UHGV virus genome: UHGV-1786984
Length of the DNA stretch: 11,191 nucleotides
Origin: a virus
Strand: one strand, 5' to 3'
Shown here piece by piece: positions 1 to 6,419 of this stretch. The translations under genes were made by a program, and so were the position numbers. Under the pieces are notes generated by a model. That model was not told the origin of the DNA and made no database searches. It saw only the letters and a program-made list of their open reading frames with translations. The number at the start of each line of letters is the position of its first letter. Position 1 is the first letter of the stretch.

Positions 1-140
1 TGCGTAACGAAAGCCCCAGGGCGATTGACTTCACCATCACCCACGGTAAGGGGCGTAAGGGAATCATTATCCGCACCAAAAAACAGAGTCCGTTAAAGAA
101 GGCTCTGACCTTTCTGAAAAGCCGGAGGGTATGGAAATGA
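1..140 (+). CDS. 3' end of an upstream phage early gene (partial; C-terminal fragment only, product unknown)
   Basis: Frame starting at nt 3 is open from the window edge to TGA at 138-140 (..RAIDFTITHGKGRKGIIIRTKKQSPLKKALTFLKSRRVWK*). Its stop overlaps the ATG at 137-139 (ATGA), suggesting translational coupling to the next gene. Not in the ORF track because the start lies outside the window. Confidence 0.3.
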   Translation, partial: RNESPRAIDFTITHGKGRKGIIIRTKKQSPLKKALTFLKSRRVWK

Positions 141-386
141 CAGTGATGACGCTCAATCTCGTTGAAAAACAGCCAGCAGCTATGCGCCGGATAATTGGTA
201 AGCATCTGGCCGTCCCTCGCTGGCAGGAGACATGCGATTATTATAATCAGATGATGGAAGGAAATGACAGTGATGACGCTCAATCTCGTCGAAAAACAGC
301 CAGCAGCTATGCGCCGGATAATTGGCAAGCATCTTGCCGTCCCTCGCTGGCAGGAGACATGTGATTATTATAATCAGATGATGGAG
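133..386. repeat. Tandem direct duplication, period ~127 bp, two copies (about 133-259 and 260-386), 4 mismatches between copies
   Basis: Read directly: the string gaaatgacagtgatgacgctcaatctcgt...ttataatcagatgatgga occurs twice head-to-tail. Copies differ at 4 positions (gtt/gtc, ggt/ggc, ctg/ctt, tgcgat/tgtgat). The period is not a multiple of 3. Confidence 0.9.
137..364 (+). pseudogene. Duplicated 5' fragment of gene B: first ~41 codons of B, then out of frame to a stop at 362-364
   Basis: ATG at 137 (and in-frame ATG at 131) with SD-like GGAGGG at 124-129. The N-terminus MTVMTLNLVEKQPAAMRRIIGKHLAVPRWQETCDYYNQMM matches the downstream full-length ORF, then diverges (EGNDSDDAQSRR...) because the 127-bp repeat shifts the frame by +1. 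Confidence 0.4.
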
Positions 387-764
387 CGCGAACGGCTAAC
401 GGTTTGCTTTCATGCGCAGTTAAAACAACGTCACGCAACGATGCGTTTTGAAGAAATGAACGACGTCGAACGTGAACGGCTGGTTTGTGCAATTGATGAA
501 TTGCGTGGGGCATTCTCAAAACGCCGTCAGGTTGGCGCAAGTGAGTATGCATATATTAGTTTTTTAACAGTCAGTCAGCGTCGTACTTTATTTATGCATG
601 CCGGATTGACTGAAAAAGAATTCAACCAGCCATACTGGCGAATTAATGAAGAATTATGTTACTGGCGTGATGCTTTATTCCGTGCATTACGTGAATTATT
701 CAGCCTGTTTGAGTATGCACCGACAATTCTGACGTCGGTAAAACCAGAGCAATATCTGCATTAA
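264..764 (+). CDS. B: P2 gpB-like DNA replication protein (helicase-loader-type accessory protein), 166 aa
   Basis: Complete 166-aa ORF, matching the recalled length of P2 B. Position immediately upstream of the small-ORF cluster and gene A fits P2 early operon order. Sequence identity to P2 B is from memory, not computed. Confidence 0.7.
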   Translation: MTVMTLNLVEKQPAAMRRIIGKHLAVPRWQETCDYYNQMMERERLTVCFHAQLKQRHATMRFEEMNDVERERLVCAIDELRGAFSKRRQVGASEYAYISFLTVSQRRTLFMHAGLTEKEFNQPYWRINEELCYWRDALFRALRELFSLFEYAPTILTSVKPEQYLH

Positions 765-827
765 GTAATTAACCAGAGTTTTTAACGCACTTAATCGTGC
801 GGGGCTTCTTTTTGCCTGGAGAAAGTC

Positions 828-1052
828 ATGCATACAGTTTCTGAAAATCAGTGCGGTAAATACGCATTACTGCTGCAACAGACCAGAACCGAAGCACAGG
901 CCGACGCGGCGACGCGCTTTTCTTCTCATCTTGACGCCATGATTCGCCACATCACAAAGGCGGAGTTATCCCGCGTGGAGATAGTCGAGCTGCTCAGTCA
1001 GGAGTCGGAAAAATTTCACAATATCGGATTGTCTCGCGGGGAGGTACTTTGA
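828..1052 (+). CDS. Small early-operon hypothetical protein (P2 orf80-like by position), 74 aa
   Basis: ATG at 828 preceded by GGAGA (818-822). Stop TGA at 1050-1052 overlaps the next ATG (TGATG). Confidence 0.6.
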   Translation: MHTVSENQCGKYALLLQQTRTEAQADAATRFSSHLDAMIRHITKAELSRVEIVELLSQESEKFHNIGLSRGEVL

Positions 1053-1351
1053 TGTCCTGTTCTCATTCAGTTGTATTACTGAATAACGCCTTAAAAATCG
1101 CCGTTATGGAAAATGGTGATTTGTCTCTTATTCAACTTTGTCTTGATAAAGAAAAACGCGACATAACTGAATCTGTTATCGCGATTTATCAGAATGAATT
1201 AAACCTCCTGTCTGATGTGGTCAATTTACTTGTTAAACGCGCTGTATTCCACAAGCAAATTTCCTCCGTGGATGAACTGACAAAATTAACGACAGAACTT
1301 GCCAGTTATTGCGCTGATGTATCCAGGAAACTTAACGATAAAAGGAGCTGA
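1052..1351 (+). CDS. Small early-operon hypothetical protein (P2 orf81-like by position), 99 aa from ATG 1052
   Basis: ATG at 1052 with GGGAGGT (1039-1045) upstream; the track ORF begins 3 nt earlier at a TTG. Ends at TGA 1349-1351, 2 nt before the next ATG. Confidence 0.6.
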   Translation: MSCSHSVVLLNNALKIAVMENGDLSLIQLCLDKEKRDITESVIAIYQNELNLLSDVVNLLVKRAVFHKQISSVDELTKLTTELASYCADVSRKLNDKRS

Positions 1352-1353
1352 TA

Positions 1354-1578
1354 ATGCCGGACAACGTAGATTTTATTCAGGAACAACAGGCTGAATTACT
1401 GGAGCGTCAGATTAACGCGGCAAGGGTAAAACATTGCGGTGCTTCTGCGCTGGTTTGCGAAGAGTGTGACGCGCCAATACCTGCTGCCCGTCGTGCGGCT
1501 TATCCGTCAGCCACGCGTTGTGTTTCCTGTCAGTCAGTCTTTGAAGCAAAAAACAAACATTACCGGAGAACGGCATGA
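1354..1578 (+). CDS. TraR/DksA-family C4 zinc-finger protein (P2 orf82-like), 74 aa
   Basis: ATG at 1354 with AAGGAG (1342-1347). Two Cys pairs, CxxC (CEEC) and CxxC (CVSC), in a short basic protein is the TraR/DksA zinc-ribbon arrangement. Stop overlaps the next start (ATGA at 1575-1578). Confidence 0.65.
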   Translation: MPDNVDFIQEQQAELLERQINAARVKHCGASALVCEECDAPIPAARRAAYPSATRCVSCQSVFEAKNKHYRRTA

Positions 1579-1850
1579 GTATTCGTATTGAAATTGGCGA
1601 ACGTTATGTCGTTACCAGTGACAGCTTTCAGTTTATTCTCCACGAGAAAAAGAGAGCGGAAAGCGGTAAAAACGCCGGTCAGGAATGGCTGGCAGTGGTT
1701 GGTTATTACCCGAAATTAAGCCAGCTCGTTTCCGGCCTGATGCATCACGATATTCTGACCGGAAGCGCAAAATCTTTTGCTGATTTAAACGCGCAGGTTG
1801 AGCAACTCAGCAAGCGTTGTTCAGAGGCTTTTGGCTCACATGGACGTTAA
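1575..1850 (+). CDS. Small early-operon hypothetical protein (P2 orf83-like by position), 91 aa
   Basis: ATG at 1575 with GGAGA upstream. Ends TAA 1848-1850, overlapping the proposed gene A start at 1840. Confidence 0.6.
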   Translation: MSIRIEIGERYVVTSDSFQFILHEKKRAESGKNAGQEWLAVVGYYPKLSQLVSGLMHHDILTGSAKSFADLNAQVEQLSKRCSEAFGSHGR

Positions 1851-4122
1851 AGCCTCCGGGCGTTTTGTCCCTCCGTCAGCATTTGCCGCAGGCACCGGTA
1901 AGACGTTTACCGGTGCTTATGCATGGAACGCGCCACGCGAGGCCGTCGGGCGCGAAAGACCCCTTACACGTGACGAGATGCGTCAGGTGCAAGGTGTTTT
2001 ATCCACGATTAATCGCCTGCCTTACTTTTTGCGCTCGCTGTTTACTTCACGCTATGACTACATCCGGCGCAATAAAAGCCCGGTGCACGGGTTTTATTTC
2101 CTCACATCCACTTTTCAGCGTCGTTTATGGCCGCGCATTGAGCGCGTGAATCAGCGCCATGAAATGAACACCGACGCGTCGTTGCTGTTTCTGGCAGAGC
2201 GTGACCATTATGCGCGTCTGCCGGGGATGAATGATAAGGAGCTGAAAAAGTTTGCCGCCCGTATCTCATCGCAGCTTTTCATGATGTATGAGGAACTCTG
2301 CGATGCATGGGTTGATGCGCATGGTGAAAAAGAATCGCTGTTTACGGATGAGGCGCAGGCTCACCTGTATGGTCATGTTGCTGGCGCTGCACGTGCTTTC
2401 AATATTTCCCCGCTTTACTGGAAAAAATACCGTAAAGGACAGATGACCACGAGGCAGGCATATTCTGCCATTGCCCGCCTGTTTAACGATGAGTGGTGGA
2501 CTCATCAGCTTAAAGGTCAGCGTATGCGCTGGCATGAAGCGTTACTGATTGCTGTCGGGGAGGTCAATAAAGACCGTTCTCCTTATGCCAGTAAACATGC
2601 CATTCGTGATGTGCGTGCGCGCCGCCAGGCAAATCTGGAATTTCTTAAATCGTGTGACCTTGAAAACAGGGAAACCGGCGAGCGCATCGACCTTATCAGT
2701 AAGGTGATGGGCAGTATTTCTAATCCAGAAATTCGCCGGATGGAGCTGATGAACACCATTGCCGGTATTGAGCGTTACGCCGCCGCAGAGGGTGATTTGG
2801 GGATGTTTATCACGCTGACCGCGCCGTCAAAGTATCACCCGACACGTCAGGTCGGAAAAGGCGAAAGTAAAACCGTTCAGCTTAATCACGGCTGGAACGA
2901 TGAGGCATTTAATCCAAAGGATGCGCAGCGTTATCTCTGCCGTATCTGGAGTCTGATGCGCACGGCATTCAAGGATAATGATTTACAGGTCTACGGTTTG
3001 CGTGTCGTCGAGCCACACCACGACGGAACGCCGCACTGGCATATGATGCTTTTTTGTAATCCACGCCAGCGTAATCAGATTATCGAAATCATGCGTCGCT
3101 ATGCGCTCAAAGAGGATGGCGACGAAAGAGGAGCCGCGCGAAACCGTTTTCAGGAAAAACACCTTAACCGGGGCGGTGCTGCGGGGTATATCGCGAAATA
3201 CATCTCAAAAAATATCGACGGCTATGCACTGGATGGGCAGCTCGATAACGATACCGGCAGACCGCTGAAAGATACTGCCGCGGCTGTTACCGCATGGGCG
3301 TCAACGTGGCGCATTCCGCAATTTAAAACGGTTGGCCTGCCGACAATGGGGGCTTACCGTGAACTACGCAAATTGCCTCGCGGCGTCAGCATTGCTGATG
3401 AGTTTGACGAGCGCGTCGAGGCTGCACGCGCCGCCGCAGACAGTGGTGATTTTGCGCTGTATATCAGCGCGCAGGGTGGGGCAAATGTCCCGCGCGATTG
3501 CCAGACTGTCAGGGTTGCCCGTAGCCCGTCGGATGACGTTAACGAGTACGAGGAAGAAGTCGAGAGAGTGGTCGGCATTTACGCGCCGCATCTCGGCGCG
3601 CGTCATATTCATATCACCAGAACGACGGACTGGCGCATTGTTCCGAAAGTGCCGGTCGTTGAGCCTTTGACTTTAAAAAGCGGCATCGCCGCGCCTCGGA
3701 GTCCTGTCAATAACTGTGGAAAGCTCACCAGTGGTGATACTTCGTTACCGGCTCCCACACCTTCTGAACACGCCGCAGCAGTGCTTAATCTGGTTGATGA
3801 CGGTGTTATCGAATGGAATGACCCGGAGGTCGTGAGGGCGCTCAGAGGTGCATTAAAACACGGTCGGAGAACGCCAAATCGTCAGCAAAGAAACGGAAGC
3901 TCGTTAAAACCACATGAAATTGCACCATCGGCCAGACTGGCCCGGTCGGAACGAATGCAAATTACCCGTATCCGCGTTGACCTTGCTCAGAACGGTATCA
4001 GGCCGCAGCGATGGGAGCTTGAGGCGCTGGCGCGTGGTGCGACCGTAGATTACAACGGGAAAAAATTTACGTATCCGGTCGCTGATGAGTGGAGTTGGTT
4101 TTATTGTTATTCAGAGCAATAA
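1840..4122 (+). CDS. A: Rolling-circle replication initiator endonuclease, P2 gpA family (HUH superfamily), ~760 aa
   Basis: Long ORF. HUH-type metal-binding motif in PHWHMMLF and a paired-tyrosine catalytic motif in YIAKYISKNIDGY (phiX174 gpA / P2 gpA class). First ATG is at 1840 (the track ORF starts at an upstream TTG at 1798); from 1840 the length is close to the recalled P2 A length. Ends TAA 4120-4122. Confidence 0.9.
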   Translation: MDVKASGRFVPPSAFAAGTGKTFTGAYAWNAPREAVGRERPLTRDEMRQVQGVLSTINRLPYFLRSLFTSRYDYIRRNKSPVHGFYFLTSTFQRRLWPRIERVNQRHEMNTDASLLFLAERDHYARLPGMNDKELKKFAARISSQLFMMYEELCDAWVDAHGEKESLFTDEAQAHLYGHVAGAARAFNISPLYWKKYRKGQMTTRQAYSAIARLFNDEWWTHQLKGQRMRWHEALLIAVGEVNKDRSPYASKHAIRDVRARRQANLEFLKSCDLENRETGERIDLISKVMGSISNPEIRRMELMNTIAGIERYAAAEGDLGMFITLTAPSKYHPTRQVGKGESKTVQLNHGWNDEAFNPKDAQRYLCRIWSLMRTAFKDNDLQVYGLRVVEPHHDGTPHWHMMLFCNPRQRNQIIEIMRRYALKEDGDERGAARNRFQEKHLNRGGAAGYIAKYISKNIDGYALDGQLDNDTGRPLKDTAAAVTAWASTWRIPQFKTVGLPTMGAYRELRKLPRGVSIADEFDERVEAARAAADSGDFALYISAQGGANVPRDCQTVRVARSPSDDVNEYEEEVERVVGIYAPHLGARHIHITRTTDWRIVPKVPVVEPLTLKSGIAAPRSPVNNCGKLTSGDTSLPAPTPSEHAAAVLNLVDDGVIEWNDPEVVRALRGALKHGRRTPNRQQRNGSSLKPHEIAPSARLARSERMQITRIRVDLAQNGIRPQRWELEALARGATVDYNGKKFTYPVADEWSWFYCYSEQ

Positions 4123-4238
4123 ACATCTGATTTAATTTGTTGCATAATAGTAAAATTGCTGTTTATCTACATGTGTTAACTATTGATAATTATGTTGCTA
4201 ATAATGTGTGCAAATTTATACTGAAAAAGGTGAAAACG
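4123..4238 (+). promoter_or_regulatory. AT-rich intergenic region upstream of the cargo module; likely holds its own promoter and RBS (AAGGTG 4227-4232)
   Basis: Abrupt shift to AT-rich sequence right after the gene A stop, with several -35-like and -10-like hexamers (ttgcat near 4140, gataat 4185-4190, tgctaataat 4196-4205). Exact -35/-10 pairing could not be fixed by eye. Confidence 0.35.
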
Positions 4239-5123
4239 ATGAATGATATCTTTGTTCTTACAAGGGAAGAGCTTGAAACACTAGATTATAGTGTTTTTAT
4301 GCATATACCAGTTACATTTCATGCACATAAAATAAAAAAATATCTGGATGGGATTGCTGAATCATCAGGAAACCCCAAAGAGAAAAAATTAGCATCTCTT
4401 TTTGGTATGCTATATAGTTTCAATTTGCAAGTTGTTAACAACACTCCATCATTTGAACCCCAAATGATTTGGGGTAATAAAAGATCAATATTGTCTGAAG
4501 ATTTTGATGAGCAGGTGAATGACTGTCTTTTATATGTTTCTCAAAAAATAACCAATCCATTTTTGTTATCAAGAATATATGATGTTGTTTGGTGTAATAA
4601 CCGGAAAAACAAAGACGTGGCAATTAAAGCAATTGATTCCTATGCTGAAATGCTAAATATAGCAATTGAAAAACTAATAATAAAAAACGAAAGCATGGAT
4701 GAAAGTGATTTAAATTGCTTTATTTTTGCTCGTGATTATATTGCTAGGGCTTTGCACATTAATAAAATGGTCTACCCTAGAAAATCAGAAGGAAACATGG
4801 CGATTAAAAATGCCATTCATTCTCTTTATAGTATTCAAAATGAAAGATTAATCTTTGAAGGTTTCAATAATTTGACTTGGTTTATGGTGCGTGATTTTGA
4901 TGGGTATAATCTGCAGTATGCGGAAAATGCTGAGAAGATGGCTGAGCAGCATAAAGATAAAAAATATTATGATGCTGTAAAATCACTTTATATGACAAGT
5001 GCAGTTATTTATGAAAAAATGGTGAGTATGAACGTGCCAAGAGATGTAAACTGGCATCTGCAAATATTACTATTAAAGTTGCAACAGATCGACCTGATAA
5101 TATGGGTAAGATCTCTTGGTTAA
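4239..5123 (+). CDS. Cargo gene 1: hypothetical protein of unknown function, 294 aa from first ATG; AT-rich, foreign composition
   Basis: First ATG at 4239 with AAGGTG 6 nt upstream; the track ORF starts at an in-frame TTG at 4137. Codon usage is A/T-rich, unlike flanking phage genes. No motif recognised by eye. Overlaps the next ORF by 22 nt. Confidence 0.7.
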   Translation: MNDIFVLTREELETLDYSVFMHIPVTFHAHKIKKYLDGIAESSGNPKEKKLASLFGMLYSFNLQVVNNTPSFEPQMIWGNKRSILSEDFDEQVNDCLLYVSQKITNPFLLSRIYDVVWCNNRKNKDVAIKAIDSYAEMLNIAIEKLIIKNESMDESDLNCFIFARDYIARALHINKMVYPRKSEGNMAIKNAIHSLYSIQNERLIFEGFNNLTWFMVRDFDGYNLQYAENAEKMAEQHKDKKYYDAVKSLYMTSAVIYEKMVSMNVPRDVNWHLQILLLKLQQIDLIIWVRSLG

Positions 5124-6070
5124 GAACAGCTATCTCTGAATTAAGACAGTATGGTGGTGATAGCCAACAGATAGAAGATTTAAAGGAACAACTTGCTAAT
5201 TTGAGAGAAGAAGTAAGGAGTGAATATGTCACTTTAAGCCATTCTATTGATATTAGTGACTTGGTTGCTGAAAGTGAAAAAAAACTGACGGGGCGTTCTT
5301 TGCCCGATATATTCAAAGTTTTAATGCGTGAAACACCGATTGAAAATATTGAAAGCATGAGGGAGCAAGTTTTAAGATTATCAGAAAAAAGTTTATTCTC
5401 TAGTTTTGTTGGAACAGAAATTAATGATGAGAGTGGGCGTAAGGTATATACAATCCCGCCGTTGAATAATAAAAAAGATATGAGTGATGATGTTGTTATT
5501 GATCAATATCTAAGAAATTTCGAGATTACTCATAAGATTTTTGTAAACGGTGTCTTTGAACCTGCTCGCTATGTACTTTCTCAAGAACATGGCTTGACGT
5601 TGTCAACATTCGTTAAATTAGTTACAACTAGTCCAATTGTCAAGCCGGAGTTTAGGGAGATTTTTAATTTGGGCTTTTACAAATTATGGCAGGGAGATTA
5701 CATCAGTGCAGCTTATCTTTTAATACCACAAATGGAAGGTATGGTTCGTTATTATTATGAGCTTAGTGGAAAGGATGCTACTAGATATTTGGATAAGGGA
5801 TTAGAGGAGTCAACAAGTATTTCTCAGCTTCTAGATAAATGCAGAGATGATTTGGAAAGTATCTTTTCTAAGAATCTTGTTTTAACTATCGATGTTCTTT
5901 TTAATAGAAAGAGTGGGGCAACCTTAAGACATAAATTAGCACATGGTAATTTATATACTAATGCTTGTTACGATGAAACAACGACATATGCATGCATCCT
6001 GATTTTCTTTCTGTGTGCTTATCCTCTCCTACCATATTTTGATACTGTATTTGAACAGGGCTCTGTTTGA
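5102..6070 (+). CDS. Cargo gene 2: hypothetical protein with C-terminal HEPN-like R-x4-H motif (candidate RNase/abortive-infection effector), 322 aa
   Basis: ORF from ATG 5102, in the -1 frame relative to cargo gene 1, no obvious SD. C-terminal ..NRKSGATLRHKLAHGNLY.. has Arg (5927-5929) and His (5942-5944) spaced R-x4-H as in HEPN (Abi_2/AbiD/AbiF-like) domains. Same AT-rich composition. May be a separate gene or the 3' part of a frameshifted single gene. Confidence 0.65.
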   Translation: MGKISWLRTAISELRQYGGDSQQIEDLKEQLANLREEVRSEYVTLSHSIDISDLVAESEKKLTGRSLPDIFKVLMRETPIENIESMREQVLRLSEKSLFSSFVGTEINDESGRKVYTIPPLNNKKDMSDDVVIDQYLRNFEITHKIFVNGVFEPARYVLSQEHGLTLSTFVKLVTTSPIVKPEFREIFNLGFYKLWQGDYISAAYLLIPQMEGMVRYYYELSGKDATRYLDKGLEESTSISQLLDKCRDDLESIFSKNLVLTIDVLFNRKSGATLRHKLAHGNLYTNACYDETTTYACILIFFLCAYPLLPYFDTVFEQGSV

Positions 6071-6221
6071 TAACGTATACGTTGAGGCATAAAACCTATG
6101 CATACTTAGCTGCATCAATTTGCACGAGGTATTTCAGTATGCATTTTCTGCGTAATAGTAGGGATTGCTTGGTTTGGTAGTTGTAATTCAACTGCATTCA
6201 AACCGACCCATGAAGCGGGCG

Positions 6222-6240
6222 GGCGAGGCGGGGAAAGCAC
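6222..6240. other. cos site: 19-nt P2-type cohesive-end sequence GGCGAGGCGGGGAAAGCAC (phage genome ends joined)
   Basis: Exact string ggcgaggcggggaaagcac at 6222-6240, matching the recalled P2 cohesive end. Location between the right-end cargo region and portal gene Q is where P2 cos lies. Confidence 0.7.
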
Positions 6241-6391
6241 TGCGCGCTGGCGGTGGTGCTGATTTTATTTTTTCAGCGTCTCAGCGCGTCGTAATGGCGT
6301 TTAGATTGTGCGCCGGGGCGTTGGTGTGTCTGCGGGCTGTTTTGTGCGGTGGTGAGCGTGTGAGGGCGTGATGACGGGATGTAAAAAAGCC

Positions 6392-6414
6392 TAAAAAAGC
6401 CGCCCGCAGGCGGC
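6392..6414 (-). terminator. Rho-independent terminator of the P-Q late operon
   Basis: On the - strand, 5 nt after the Q stop: GC-rich hairpin GCCGCC-TGCG-GGCGGC (plus 6399-6414) followed by a U-run (plus-strand A-run 6393-6398). Confidence 0.55.
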
Positions 6415-6419
6415 GATGT

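Noticed and set aside
131-133. ATG at 131 as the start of the first B copy (as in the ORF track)
   Set aside because: The intact second copy has no ATG at the equivalent position (258-260 is aag), so the conserved start is the ATG equivalent to 137/264. 131 is an in-frame upstream ATG present only in copy 1.
765-827. Possible intrinsic terminator between B and the first small ORF (short stem cgcac...gtgcg followed by a T-rich stretch)
   Set aside because: The stem is only 4-5 bp and the T-run is not adjacent to it. More likely just the intergenic spacer with the RBS for the next gene.
1798-1839. TTG at 1798 as start of gene A, and TTG at 4137 as start of cargo ORF1
   Set aside because: The track ORFs extend to these non-ATG codons, but the first ATGs (1840, 4239) fit the expected gene organisation and, for 4239, a well-spaced AAGGTG. 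The upstream extensions are not excluded.
1817-3670. Track ORFs inside gene A in other frames or on the opposite strand (1817-2149 +, 2266-2535 -, 3332-3670 +, 3354-3578 -, 3364-3612 -)
   Set aside because: They lie wholly inside the long, motif-bearing gene A ORF and have no RBS and no recognisable protein features. Typical shadow ORFs.
6165-6371. 68-aa + strand ORF spanning the cos site
   Set aside because: GC-rich, Ala/Gly/Arg-rich translation with no SD; it crosses the cohesive-end sequence and is best explained as non-coding packaging-site DNA.
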